64,000 nt of DNA from an uncultured Chloroflexia bacterium (GTDB lineage Bacteria > Chloroflexota > Limnocylindria > QHBO01): positions 313,082-377,081 of the forward strand of contig CAWJZO010000002.1 in NCBI GenBank assembly GCA_963847375.1, read 5' to 3'. The position numbers and the translations under genes were made by a program. Of this stretch, positions 27,289 through 38,611 are shown piece by piece. The notes beneath the pieces are model-generated. The model was not told where the DNA came from. It saw nothing but the letters and a program-made list of their open reading frames with translations, and searched no databases. How positions within the stretch are numbered: position 1 is the stretch's first letter; the number at the start of each line of letters is the position of its first letter.

Positions 27289-27770
27289 CCTGGCGCGTCG
27301 AGAACCGGGCCGACGAGCCACCAGGCCCCCGGATGTTCCTGATCGAAGACAGCCTCGGCTACCTCATCAACCGGGCGGCGCGGGCCTTTGCCAACCGGCT
27401 CGCCACCGAGCTTAGGCCGTTCGACGTCGGCATCGGTCAGTGGGCCGTCCTCCTTCACCTGTGGAGCACCGATGGCATGACCCAGGCGCAGATCGCCCGG
27501 CGGGTGGCAATCGAGCAACCGACAATGGTGCGCACGATCGATCGGATGGAGCGCGACGGCCTCGTCGCCCGCACGCCGGATCCGAACGACAAACGAGCGA
27601 GCCGGATCACGCTCACCGAGCGCGGCTGGTCCCTGCGTGACGCACTCGTTCCGCTCGCCGCCGGCGTGAACGCGACCGCCACCGCAACCCTCACCGACGA
27701 CGAGGTCGAAACCCTCAGGCGGCTGCTCGCGAAGTTGGTGGCCACCGAGGCAGGTACGCTGACGTCATGA
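27285..27770 (+). CDS. MarR-family transcriptional regulator
   Basis: QWAVL, TQAQIA, IDRMERDGLVAR, DKRASRITLTERG; ATGA overlaps at both ends. Confidence 0.9.
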   Translation: MTWRVENRADEPPGPRMFLIEDSLGYLINRAARAFANRLATELRPFDVGIGQWAVLLHLWSTDGMTQAQIARRVAIEQPTMVRTIDRMERDGLVARTPDPNDKRASRITLTERGWSLRDALVPLAAGVNATATATLTDDEVETLRRLLAKLVATEAGTLTS

Positions 27771-28756
27771 CGAAGATCGGCTACGCCTGCATGCTCGAGC
27801 AGTTCCATCCCACCGATCTGCTCGACTGGGCAGAGCGCGCCGAAGCCGCCGGCTTCGACGCCGGCTTCCAGGTCAGCGAGCACTTTCATCCGTGGACGCC
27901 GCAACAGGGCCAATCCGCCTTCGCGTGGTCGTTCATGGGCGCCCTCGGGCAACGCACGAAGCTTCCATTCGGCACCGCGGTGACCTGCCCCGGCTTCCGC
28001 TACCACCCCGCGGTCATCGCCCATGCCGCCGCGACCCTTGGCGCGATGTACCCCGGCCGCTTCTGGCTCGGCCTCGGCGCCGGTGAAGCGCTCAACGAGC
28101 ACGTCATCGGCGGCGAATGGCCCGAGGTCGGGATCCGCAGCGCGATGATGTTCGAAGCGATCGAGGTCATCAACAAGCTCTTCACCGGCAAGGTCGTCAA
28201 GCACGACGGCGAGTACTTCACGCTTGAGTCTGCACGTCTCTACACCCGCCCCGAGCAGCCGGTCCCCGTGTACGTCGCGTGCGCCGGGCCGTTGAACGCG
28301 CAGCGCACCGGTCGCTACGCCGACGGGATCATCACCGTCGGCGCGGCCGATGAGAAGATCGCAATGCTGTGGGACCGGTTCCGAAAGGGAGCGCGTGAGG
28401 CCGGGAAGGACCCCGAGACGATGAAGACCCAGCTCCAGGTCCACGTCAGCTGGGCGCCCTCCCAGGAGGAGGCGGAGCAGAACGCCCTGAAGGAGTGGCC
28501 AAACGGCGGCATGCCGTTCCCGAAGCAGGACATCCGCAATCCCGAGGACTTCGAGCAGATGGCGAAGCTCGTGCACATCGAGGACTTCGCCAACCGCATG
28601 CTCATCAGCGCCGATCTCGAAGAGCACACCGCCCAGATCCAGCACTTCGTCGACATGGGCTTCGACGAGATCTACCTGCACAACGTCGGTCGCGACCAGG
28701 CGGCCTTCATCGAAACGTTCGGCGAGAAGGTGATTCCGAAGCTGAAGCTCTCGTGA
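27767..28756 (+). CDS. F420-dependent luciferase-like oxidoreductase (G6PDH/Fgd-like family)
   Basis: EQFHP, SEHFHPW, GTAVTCP..RYHPAVIAHAAATL, GLGAGEALNE. Confidence 0.88.
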   Translation: MTKIGYACMLEQFHPTDLLDWAERAEAAGFDAGFQVSEHFHPWTPQQGQSAFAWSFMGALGQRTKLPFGTAVTCPGFRYHPAVIAHAAATLGAMYPGRFWLGLGAGEALNEHVIGGEWPEVGIRSAMMFEAIEVINKLFTGKVVKHDGEYFTLESARLYTRPEQPVPVYVACAGPLNAQRTGRYADGIITVGAADEKIAMLWDRFRKGAREAGKDPETMKTQLQVHVSWAPSQEEAEQNALKEWPNGGMPFPKQDIRNPEDFEQMAKLVHIEDFANRMLISADLEEHTAQIQHFVDMGFDEIYLHNVGRDQAAFIETFGEKVIPKLKLS

Positions 28757-28850
28757 TCGTCTGACCGACGCAGCCGAGACGATGACGCGCCTCGGTGTCG
28801 CATCTGCGTGCGACACTGTTTCTCGGATCTCTGCTGAGCGGAGGTCGACG

Positions 28851-31454
28851 GTGCGGCCTTCTGGTGACCCTGGGCTTCCGATCGGTACGGTGACCTTTCT
28901 GTTCACCGATATCGAGGGTTCCACTCGCCTGCTCGCCGAGCTCGGTGAGGGCTACGCCGCGGTCCTCGGCCGCCACGCCGAGCTCATGCGTGACGCCATC
29001 GGCGCCCATGGCGGAGCGGAAGTGGGCATGGAGGGCGACTCCTTCTTCGCAGCCTTTCCATCCGCCCCGAGAGCGGTTGCCGCGGCAGTTGATGCGCAGC
29101 GCCACCTCGCAGCCGAAGCGTGGGAGGGCGACGTGGCTGTGCGCGTGCGCATGGGGCTCCACACTGGCGAGGCGCGCATCGGTCCGGACGGATACGTCGG
29201 CATGGACGTCCATGTCGCCTCGCGGATCGCGGCCGCTGGGCATGGCGGGCAGGTCCTTCTGTCCGCGCCGACCAGGACGCTCGTGGTGCCGTCGCTGCCG
29301 GACGACGTGCGAATCCGCGACATGGGGCCGCATGACCTCAAGGACATCGATGAACCCGTCGAGCTCGCCCAGCTCGACATCGATGGCCTGCCCCAGGCAT
29401 TCCCGCCGATCAGGGCCGGCGGCGCCCGACGTGAGAACCTGCCGGTACCGCTGACGACCTTCGTCGGTCGCGCCGAGGAGAGGAAGGCCGTGCTCGGCCT
29501 CCTGGAGCGCCGTCGGCTCGTGACCCTGACCGGACCCGGCGGAACCGGCAAGACCCGGCTGGCCCTGGAGGTTGGGCGGTCGGTGGCCAGCCGCCTTGAA
29601 GGCGGCGCGTGGTTCGTCGACCTCGCTCCGATCCGCGACCCGACGCTCGTGTTCGTCGCCGTGGCGCGGGCGCTTCGCATCAACGTCGACCCCGGTGGCG
29701 ATGCGCTCAAGGCCGTCCAAAGCCATCTTCGCGGCCGTGACATGCTCCTCATCCTCGACAACCTCGAGCAGGTCATCGAGGCACGAGACTCGATCTCCAC
29801 GCTGGTCACCGAGATCCCCGGCGTGCGCGTCCTCGCCACTAGCAGGCAGGCGCTCGGCATCCCCGGGGAGCAAGAGTACGAGGTCCGGCCGTTCGCGCCG
29901 GACGACTCGGTGGTGATGTTCGTCGACCGCGCGCAGGCCGTCGTGCCCGACTTCGCGTTGACCGATGCGAACGCGGACGCCGTCACCGGCATCGTGGGCC
30001 ACACGGACGGCCTGCCGCTCGCGATCGAACTGGCGGCAAGCCAGATCCGCGTGCTGGGTCCGACCGCCATGCTGGCGCGGCTGAACCAGCGACTCGCCCT
30101 GCCGGCCGCGAACCGGGCCGGCCCCGAGCGACAGCGAACGATGTCCGACGCGATCGGGTGGAGCCACGACTTGCTTGGCGACGGCGAGCGCCGACTCTTC
30201 GCTCGCCTGAGTGCGTTTCCGGGAGGCGCCACGCTGGCAGCGGCCGACGCGTTAGCCGACGACGGATCAGCGGCGTCGGTCCTCGACGAGCTTGCGGCGC
30301 TCGTGAGCAAGAGCCTCCTTCACCGCGTCGAGAGCCTTGACGATGAGCCGCGATTCTCGATGCTCGAGCCGATTCGCGAGTTCGCCGCCGCCCGCCTCGA
30401 GGAGGATCCGAGAGCCGGTGACGTGGCGGAGCGCATGGCCCGGTACTGCCTGGACCTGGCCGAAAGCGCTGCGCCGCACCTGACCATGCGTGACCAGGCG
30501 AGCTGGCTCGACCGATGCGACCGCGAGATGCCGAACTTCCGTCGTGCGCTCGACTGGGCGGCCGAGGTCCGCGCCGTCGACCTCGGCCTGCGGATGGCGA
30601 CGGCATTGTGGCGCCTCTGGCAGCAACGGGGTCCGATGCAGGAAGGTCGCCAGGTGCTCGACCGCCTCCTTGCCTTGGACGGGGCCCTGCCCGCTCTGCG
30701 CGCACGCGCCCTCGGCGCTGCCGGCGGTCTGGCCTGGTGGAGCGGCGACTTCCGGGCCACGCGCCAGCACTACGAAGCCGCACTGCCACTCGTCGAGGGT
30801 GGTGAGGATCGGCTCGCCGAAGCGGAGGCGCTCTACGATCTCGGCTTTGCCCAGCTGTGGGCGGGTGTGCTGGGCGGCGCCATTGAGGCGGACCAGGCCG
30901 AGGAGCGGTTCCGCCGCAGCCTGGCCATCGGCGAGGAGCTCGGTGACGGGCTGACGAAGGCACGCGCGCTGCGGGGCCTTGGGCTCCTGCGCGGCGTGGT
31001 GCGGGGCGATGCCGCCGGCGCGGTCCCGATGTTCCGCGAATCCTTCGCCATGGCCGGCGCGGCCGGAGATCAGTGGGAAATGAACGAGTCGGTGATCGGA
31101 ATCGGCAATGGACTGCGCTTCTCGGGTGACCGAGAGGGGGCGAAGCGGGCATATCTCGAGGGCATCGACCTGATGGCCTCCGCGTCGAATCGCCAGGCCG
31201 TCATCGGCCTGCTCCTGCTGCTCACGGCGCTCGAGGGGGAGATGGGCAATCACGAGCGCGTCGCGCGCCTGTGGGGAGGCGCCCAGGCGGTTCGAGAGGC
31301 ATCGGGCGCGATCTCCCCGCCCGCTGCGGGGCGCCTCATCGGTGATCCGGTTGCAGCCGCCCGCGGCGCGATCGGCGAAGAGGCGGTCGATACCGGGCTC
31401 GCGGAGGGCGCAACGTTCGACTACGACGCCCTCGTCGCCTTTGCCCACGCCTGA
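28851..31454 (+). CDS. Adenylate cyclase - STAND NTPase - TPR multidomain protein
   Basis: FLFTDIEGST, GDSF, RMGLHTGE; GPGGTGKTRL Walker A, ILDNLE Walker B, GLPLAIEL; TPR-like tail. GTG 28851 follows GGAGG. Confidence 0.88.
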   Translation: MRPSGDPGLPIGTVTFLFTDIEGSTRLLAELGEGYAAVLGRHAELMRDAIGAHGGAEVGMEGDSFFAAFPSAPRAVAAAVDAQRHLAAEAWEGDVAVRVRMGLHTGEARIGPDGYVGMDVHVASRIAAAGHGGQVLLSAPTRTLVVPSLPDDVRIRDMGPHDLKDIDEPVELAQLDIDGLPQAFPPIRAGGARRENLPVPLTTFVGRAEERKAVLGLLERRRLVTLTGPGGTGKTRLALEVGRSVASRLEGGAWFVDLAPIRDPTLVFVAVARALRINVDPGGDALKAVQSHLRGRDMLLILDNLEQVIEARDSISTLVTEIPGVRVLATSRQALGIPGEQEYEVRPFAPDDSVVMFVDRAQAVVPDFALTDANADAVTGIVGHTDGLPLAIELAASQIRVLGPTAMLARLNQRLALPAANRAGPERQRTMSDAIGWSHDLLGDGERRLFARLSAFPGGATLAAADALADDGSAASVLDELAALVSKSLLHRVESLDDEPRFSMLEPIREFAAARLEEDPRAGDVAERMARYCLDLAESAAPHLTMRDQASWLDRCDREMPNFRRALDWAAEVRAVDLGLRMATALWRLWQQRGPMQEGRQVLDRLLALDGALPALRARALGAAGGLAWWSGDFRATRQHYEAALPLVEGGEDRLAEAEALYDLGFAQLWAGVLGGAIEADQAEERFRRSLAIGEELGDGLTKARALRGLGLLRGVVRGDAAGAVPMFRESFAMAGAAGDQWEMNESVIGIGNGLRFSGDREGAKRAYLEGIDLMASASNRQAVIGLLLLLTALEGEMGNHERVARLWGGAQAVREASGAISPPAAGRLIGDPVAAARGAIGEEAVDTGLAEGATFDYDALVAFAHA

Positions 31455-31489
31455 CGTCGTAACTGACCGATGACTTCGCTCGGGACCCG

Positions 31490-32671
31490 TCACTCGTCGG
31501 TCAGGCGCACGCGCCGGAAGGTGAAGTACAGCGCGACGTCGTACACCGCCTTCAACGCACCGGCGACGACGAACGGGATTCCCGCGGCCATGCCCATCGA
31601 GAGCGAGGCGAGCGCCGGACCCAACGGCCGCACGAGGTGTCTCGCCGCGTTCGTGTAGCCCGCCGCCGCGGTGCGCTCGGTCGGATCGACGAGCGCGGCG
31701 ACGTAGGCCTGGCGGGCGGGCACGTCCATCTGCGACAGGACCGATCGGCCGAGCAGCAGCGCGATCGCCCATCCCAGCGAGGGCGCCAGCGGGATGAGGG
31801 CCAGCAGCACGTTCGAAGGAAGGTGGCTGAAGACCATCGTGTTCAGCAGACCGATGCGCTCGCCGAGCCACCCGGCCAGGACCGATGACGCCGCCTGCAG
31901 CAGCCCGACACCGAAGAAGACGAGCCCCATCAGCTCGGCACCGGCGCCGAACTGGCGGCCGAACCAGAAGACGATGAAGCTGCCGACGATGAAGCCACCG
32001 GCGAACGCGTCGAGCGCGAAGAGCCCGGCGAGGCGCCGCACCGCCGTCCGCGAGCGACTGAGACCGCGTTCGGACGGGTCGACGTCCGGAGAAACCTCGA
32101 CCGATCGGCTCAGCTGCGCGGCGATGTAGGCGCACAGCGCCGCGCCGAGCGGCAAGACCAGCAGCCAGCGCTGGTCGGGCGGCAAGGCGGGCAGGACGTG
32201 GCGCAATGCGCTCGGCCCGCCGGCCGCCAGCGCGCCCACTGCCCCGGCCACGTAGGCGACCGCGTTGTATCGGCCATAGAGGCGGCTGCGCTCGCTTGGT
32301 GGGGTCGAGGCCAGCATCGACTGCTCGACGGTCGTGATTGGCCCGGACTCGTTCGGATCGGTCGAGAGGGTGCCGGTCAGAGCAGCGATCACGAGCACCG
32401 GCAACGAGCCGGTGAGGGCGAACGCCGCGCCCGCGACTCCCATGACGACGAGCAGCCCGACGTAGGTGCGGCGGCGACCGACCCGCTCTCCCCAGCGGCC
32501 GACCGCGAGCGACGCGATCGCCATGCCGAGCAGCATGGCCGTGAAGATCAGCCCGACCGTGGTCTCGTCGAGGCCCGAAGCGGCCAACGACGAGCCAATG
32601 AGGATGCTGCTGAACCCGTAGAGGAACGCCCGGATCGCCTGGACCGAGAAGATCAGCCGGACGTCGGACAA
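31490..32671 (-). CDS. MFS transporter
   Basis: ERVGRRR, LDAFAGGF, SHLPSN, SQMDVPARQAY motifs; about 12 TM. Confidence 0.88.
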   Translation of the reverse strand: MSDVRLIFSVQAIRAFLYGFSSILIGSSLAASGLDETTVGLIFTAMLLGMAIASLAVGRWGERVGRRRTYVGLLVVMGVAGAAFALTGSLPVLVIAALTGTLSTDPNESGPITTVEQSMLASTPPSERSRLYGRYNAVAYVAGAVGALAAGGPSALRHVLPALPPDQRWLLVLPLGAALCAYIAAQLSRSVEVSPDVDPSERGLSRSRTAVRRLAGLFALDAFAGGFIVGSFIVFWFGRQFGAGAELMGLVFFGVGLLQAASSVLAGWLGERIGLLNTMVFSHLPSNVLLALIPLAPSLGWAIALLLGRSVLSQMDVPARQAYVAALVDPTERTAAAGYTNAARHLVRPLGPALASLSMGMAAGIPFVVAGALKAVYDVALYFTFRRVRLTDE

Positions 32672-32683
32672 CCCGCGCTCGGG

Positions 32684-33310
32684 CTACGCGAGGTCGAACC
32701 AGGCGCGGACCTGGCGGGTCACCGTCAGGTCGCCGGCCGCGACCTCAGTGGGCGCGTCAGCCGCCATCTCCGCAGCCGCCATCATTCGCATCCGTGGCAC
32801 CGGCGGCCCGTGCGAAGGCTCCTCCTCGACCCGGGCCAGGGCGCCGAGCGTCACGCCGCCCGCCTCGGCCAGCGCCTCTGCCTTGGCTTGCGCCGCGGTG
32901 ATCGCCGCGCGCAGCGCCTCGTGCTCGGCCGCCGACGGGTCGGCCGCGCTCATCTGCGCGCCGTGCACCTCGTTGGCGCCGGCCGCGACGAGCCCGTCGA
33001 GCACGTCACCGAGCCCGTCGAGGTCGCGCACCTTCGCCGTCATCTGGCGCACGACGCGGTAGCCGGTCAGCCTCTGCCCCTTGCGGTAGTCGTACTCCGG
33101 GTGGATCCCGACGTCGGGCGCATTCAGGTCACCCTCCTTGACGCCGAGATCGCGCAGCTTCGCCAGGACCGATGACGATCGCGCGTTCACGTCCTCGCGC
33201 GTCGGCGCCAGCTGCTTCCCGCTGCCGCTCACCGCGAACGAGACGACCGCCAGGTCCGGCGCAACCGTCGCCTCCCCGGTTGCGACGACGCTGATCCACC
33301 GTTTCGCCAT
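32684..33310 (-). CDS. SIMPL domain (DUF541) protein without signal peptide
   Basis: ISVVATGEATVAPDLA, AGANEV, AQAKAEALA, final beta strand. ATG follows GAGGTG. Confidence 0.82.
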   Translation of the reverse strand: MAKRWISVVATGEATVAPDLAVVSFAVSGSGKQLAPTREDVNARSSSVLAKLRDLGVKEGDLNAPDVGIHPEYDYRKGQRLTGYRVVRQMTAKVRDLDGLGDVLDGLVAAGANEVHGAQMSAADPSAAEHEALRAAITAAQAKAEALAEAGGVTLGALARVEEEPSHGPPVPRMRMMAAAEMAADAPTEVAAGDLTVTRQVRAWFDLA

Positions 33311-33331
33311 GGCATGCACCTCACTCACCGC

Positions 33332-34540
<1,209 letters not shown>

Positions 34541-34615
34541 CGGCACCGATGCTAGCGCGAGTTGCCGCCGGTCGTACCATCGGCCTCACCGGAGAGGCGC
34601 GCAAGGAGACCCGCG

Positions 34616-35080
34616 ATGGACCTCTATCCCTGGTTCAAGACGCTGCACATCCTGTTCGCGGTCGTGGCCGTCGGGCTGAACATCAGCTATGGCATCTGGC
34701 AGGCGCGTGCGGCGAGCTCGCCGGAGCACATGGGCTTTGCGCTGCGCGGGATCAAGTTCCTCGACGACCGGGTCGCCAACCCGTCCTACGCGGGCCTGCT
34801 CGTGGTCGGGATCATCCTCGTCCTCATCGGCCCGTACGAGTTCACGACGTTCTGGATCGCGGTCGCCATCGGCCTCTACCTCGTCATGGGCGCGGTGGCG
34901 ATCGTCTTCTACTCGCCCACGCTGAAGCGCCAGATCGCCGCCTACGAGGCCGGTGGCGCGCAGTCGGCCGAGTTCAAGGCGCTCGGGGCACGCGGACGGA
35001 TGATCGGCATCCTGCTGGCGATCCTCGTCGTCGCGATCATCGTGCTCATGGTGGTCAAGCCGTCCTTCACGAGCCTTTGA
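34616..35080 (+). CDS. DUF2269-like 4-TM membrane protein
   Basis: KTLHILFAVVAVG, ends LMVVKP; RBS AAGGAG. Confidence 0.72.
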   Translation: MDLYPWFKTLHILFAVVAVGLNISYGIWQARAASSPEHMGFALRGIKFLDDRVANPSYAGLLVVGIILVLIGPYEFTTFWIAVAIGLYLVMGAVAIVFYSPTLKRQIAAYEAGGAQSAEFKALGARGRMIGILLAILVVAIIVLMVVKPSFTSL

Positions 35081-36507
35081 CGCCGCCTTTGGGCGACCTG
35101 CCGGTGCCGGGCCGGCAGCGCAGCTGGTGGCTGCGCGAGGCGCTGGCTGCAGAAGGCGATCCGCCGCCGGCTCGAGCCTTGGCATCCGACACCGATACCG
35201 ACGTCGCGATCATCGGCGGCGGGTACACCGGCATGTGGGCCGCCTACTTCATCGGCGAACGCAGCCCCGACGCGCGGATCGTGCTCGTCGAGCAGGACAT
35301 CTGCGGCGGCGGGCCGTCCGGCCGCAACGGCGGCTTCGTCCACGGCTGGTGGGAGAGCCTCGCCTACCTGACCGAGCGCTTCGACGCAGACGCCGCGCTC
35401 CAGATCGCGCGCGAGGCCGATGAAGTCGTCGACGGCATCGGTCAGTGGTGCGCGCAACACGGGGTTGACGCGCACTTCGTCAAGGCCGGCTACCTGCGCG
35501 TGAACGCGTTCCCCAATGCGCCGCCCGACTGGGACGAGGCCGTCGAGCGCCTCCGCGTGGTCGGTGCGGGCGACCAGCTCCAGCCGGTCGATCCCGCCGC
35601 CGTCCGGCGCGTGTGCGCGTCGTCCGCCTTCCGCGAGGGACTGCTCATGCCGAGCGCCGCATCGGTCCAGCCGGCCCTCCTGGCGCGCGGCCTGCGGCGG
35701 GTGCTGCTCGAGCGCGGCGTGCGGATCTTCGAGGGTACGCGCGTCGAGAAGCTGGAGGGCGATTCGCGCCTGAGGCTTCGCACGAGCCGCGGAGTGATCG
35801 CCGCCGACCAGGCCATCCTCGCCATCAACGCCTGGGGAAGCGGCTGGCCGGGGCTTCGCAGCCGGGTGCTGGCCTGGGGCAGCTACATGGTCGTCACCGA
35901 GCCGATCCCCGACCGGCTCGCCGAGCTCGGGTGGACCGGTGGCGAGATCCTCAGCGACTCGCGGTTCACGATCAGCTACTTCCGGACGACGCGCGACGGG
36001 CGGATTGCCTTCGGTGGCGGGGTCGGGGCGGCGGGATTCGACGGGCGGATCGACGACACGTTCACCGCCGATCGCCGGGCGGTCGCGCGCGTCGTCGCGA
36101 ACTTCCGCCACCTCCTGCCGACGCTCGCCGGCGTCCGCTTCGAGGACGCCTGGGGCGGACCGATCGACGTCACCGGTCACCGGTTCCCCGAGATCGCCTC
36201 GAGCCACGGCGGTCGGGTCCACTTCGCCCAGGGGTTCGCCGGCAACGGCGCCGGGCCGTCACGTCTCGCGGGGCGCATCCTCGCCGCGCTCGCGACCGGC
36301 GCCGACGACCCGATCGCGCGGCTGCCGATCGTCGGGCGCCGCCAGCCGCTGCTGCCACCGGAGCCGATCCGCTATATCGGCGTGCGGATGGTCCGCGAGG
36401 CGCTCATCCGCCAGGACGACGCGCTGGACTCCGGTCGGCGTCCAGCCTGGTATCTCCGGCTCGTCGCATGGCTCCCGAAGCTGCTCGGCTACCGCATCGG
36501 TCACTGA
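35077..36507 (+). CDS. FAD-dependent amine oxidoreductase (PuuB/DAO family)
   Basis: IIGGGYTGMW, GPSGRNGG, VQPALLARGL, WGGPID, GFAGNG. TTG start inferred from TTGA overlap. Confidence 0.82.
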   Translation: MTPPLGDLPVPGRQRSWWLREALAAEGDPPPARALASDTDTDVAIIGGGYTGMWAAYFIGERSPDARIVLVEQDICGGGPSGRNGGFVHGWWESLAYLTERFDADAALQIAREADEVVDGIGQWCAQHGVDAHFVKAGYLRVNAFPNAPPDWDEAVERLRVVGAGDQLQPVDPAAVRRVCASSAFREGLLMPSAASVQPALLARGLRRVLLERGVRIFEGTRVEKLEGDSRLRLRTSRGVIAADQAILAINAWGSGWPGLRSRVLAWGSYMVVTEPIPDRLAELGWTGGEILSDSRFTISYFRTTRDGRIAFGGGVGAAGFDGRIDDTFTADRRAVARVVANFRHLLPTLAGVRFEDAWGGPIDVTGHRFPEIASSHGGRVHFAQGFAGNGAGPSRLAGRILAALATGADDPIARLPIVGRRQPLLPPEPIRYIGVRMVREALIRQDDALDSGRRPAWYLRLVAWLPKLLGYRIGH

Positions 36508-36607
36508 GGCGAGATTCGTTGACCTGCCGCTCCGCTGGGACGTAGCATCCGGCCGAGACCCAACGCCGGCCCATACCGGCCCGTATGGGGGGATCGGAGG
36601 AACTGCC

Positions 36608-37720
36608 GTGCGTGCCCGATCCCGACGTCACTCAGTCACGGTCCTCGCCAGCGTTAGTGCGCTGATGCTCGCGTCCTGCGCATCGGACCAGACCGGCGGC
36701 GCTTCGGGCGCTGCCACCCAATCGGCTACCGACCAGGCGGCCGAAGAGCCGAACGAGCTCCTCGTCCTGGAGTGGAGCGGCTACGAGGCCGAAGACTTCT
36801 GGGCCGATTTCGCGGAGGCCAACCCCGAGACCGGGGTGACCTTCGAGTTCGGTGACACCGACGCCAACATCCTGGCCCAGATGCAGGGCGGCAGCCAGGC
36901 CGACATCTTCCACTTCTACACCGGCTGGCAGCAGTTCTACGTCGACGAGGGTCTCGTGCAGGAGATCGACACGAGCAGGCTCACGAACTGGGACAAGGTT
37001 CCGGCGGACTTCCAGGCGCTCGGCCAGATCGACGGCAAGCAATACTTCATCCCCTGGGACTGGGGCTTCACCTCGATCCTCTACAACACCGAGATGGTCC
37101 CCGAGGTCACCAGCTGGGATGCGCTGTTCAACCCCGAGTACGCCGGCCACGTCTCGATGTGGAACGACGGGCCGGGCGCCGTGACCGTGTCCTCCTACGT
37201 CCACGGCTACGACGAGACCGCCATCACCGATGAGCAGCTCGCGGCGATCGAGGCGGAGTGGATCGCGCAGAAGCCACTCAACGTCTTCTACTGGTCCAGC
37301 GAGTACGAGGATCTCTGCCCCGCGGTCCAGGACGGGACCGTCTGGGTCGCCTACGCGTGGCAGGGCTGCTACGCCACGGCGTTGGCCGCCGGGGACCCGG
37401 TTGCATACGCGAATCCCGAGGAGGGCCGCAACTCCTGGGTCGGCCTGTACGGCATCAACGCCGATACGGACAGTTACGAGCTCGCGCTCGAGTTCCTGGA
37501 TCTCAAGCTCGCCGAGCTCAGCTGCGGAAACGCGGTGACGATGTTCTATTACGGCTGCGCCAACGAAGAGGTGATGTCCGCCATCGAGGACCCGGTACTG
37601 GTCGAAGCCTTTGGCCTTGACGATCCCAGCATCCTGGAGTCGACGAACTTCACCCCGCTGGTGACCGAGGAGCAGCGTGCGGCGTGGACGGCGATGTGGG
37701 AGCGCGTGCAGGCGGAGTAG
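36608..37720 (+). CDS. Polyamine ABC transporter substrate-binding lipoprotein (PotD/PotF-like)
   Basis: RBS GGAGGA, lipobox LASC, WSGY, PWDWGFTSILYN, SWDAL, PEEG. Confidence 0.82.
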   Translation: MRARSRRHSVTVLASVSALMLASCASDQTGGASGAATQSATDQAAEEPNELLVLEWSGYEAEDFWADFAEANPETGVTFEFGDTDANILAQMQGGSQADIFHFYTGWQQFYVDEGLVQEIDTSRLTNWDKVPADFQALGQIDGKQYFIPWDWGFTSILYNTEMVPEVTSWDALFNPEYAGHVSMWNDGPGAVTVSSYVHGYDETAITDEQLAAIEAEWIAQKPLNVFYWSSEYEDLCPAVQDGTVWVAYAWQGCYATALAAGDPVAYANPEEGRNSWVGLYGINADTDSYELALEFLDLKLAELSCGNAVTMFYYGCANEEVMSAIEDPVLVEAFGLDDPSILESTNFTPLVTEEQRAAWTAMWERVQAE

Positions 37721-37750
37721 CGGCTCTGCCAGCCTGACTGGACGAGGGAG

Positions 37751-38611
37751 ATGCTTGGGCGTCGGGGCCTGCTGAGGTTCGTCGCAGGCCCGCCGTTCCT
37801 CCTCCTCGCGGCGTTCTTCCTCGTCCCCCTCGTGCTGATCGCCGCGTTCAGCTTCCGCGCCGGCTCGGGGGCACTCGGTCCAACCGATCCGTGGATGCCG
37901 ACAGTCGAGCAGTACGCCGAGGCCCTGGGGACGCCCGCGTTCCTCCGCAGGCTCGGGCTGTCGATCATGACCGCCGCCTTCGTCGCCGGCCTCGCTACCG
38001 TCCTCGCCTTTCCTGTGGCGTACTTCCTCACCTTCCGGGCCGGATCACGGGCTCCGCTATACCTGACGCTGCTCCTCATCCCGTTCGCGGTGAGCTATCT
38101 GCTGCGGGTCATGGCCTGGAAGGTGATGCTCGGCCCCGAGGGTGGGATCAACTCCCTCCTCTCGGCCGTCGGTCTGACAGAGGAGCCGCTGCAGCTGCTT
38201 TTGTACAGCCGGCCCGCGGTCATCGTCACGCTCGTCTACATCTGGATCCCGTTCGCCGCACTCCCGATCTACGCCGCGATGCAGCGCATCGAGCGCAACC
38301 AGCTCGAAGCCGCGGCCGACCTCGGGGCCGGGCCGTGGGCGCGCTTCTGGAGGGTGACGGTCCCGTTGAGCCTGCCCGGTGCGCTGGTGACCTTCTTCAT
38401 GATCTTCATCCCAACGGTCGGGGAATACGTCACGCCCGAGCTCGTCGGCGGGACTGACGGGAGCATGTACGGCAACATCATCCAGGGCTTCTTCACGCGC
38501 TCCGCGAACTGGCCGATGGGCGCGGCGATGGCGATGATCATGCTTGTCCTCACGCTCGTCGTCGTCGTCGTGGCGCTCCGGATCATCGACCTGCGACGGC
38601 TGACGACGTGA
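37751..38611 (+). CDS. Polyamine ABC permease (PotB-like)
   Basis: EAAADLGA EAA loop, GEYVTPELVGG, NWPMGAA. Confidence 0.88.
   Translation: MLGRRGLLRFVAGPPFLLLAAFFLVPLVLIAAFSFRAGSGALGPTDPWMPTVEQYAEALGTPAFLRRLGLSIMTAAFVAGLATVLAFPVAYFLTFRAGSRAPLYLTLLLIPFAVSYLLRVMAWKVMLGPEGGINSLLSAVGLTEEPLQLLLYSRPAVIVTLVYIWIPFAALPIYAAMQRIERNQLEAAADLGAGPWARFWRVTVPLSLPGALVTFFMIFIPTVGEYVTPELVGGTDGSMYGNIIQGFFTRSANWPMGAAMAMIMLVLTLVVVVVALRIIDLRRLTT

Noticed and set aside
28851-31454. Avs-type antiphage STAND defence system
   Set aside because: Cyclase-NTPase-TPR is a widespread signalling architecture in high-GC bacteria; there is no nuclease effector or defence-island context.
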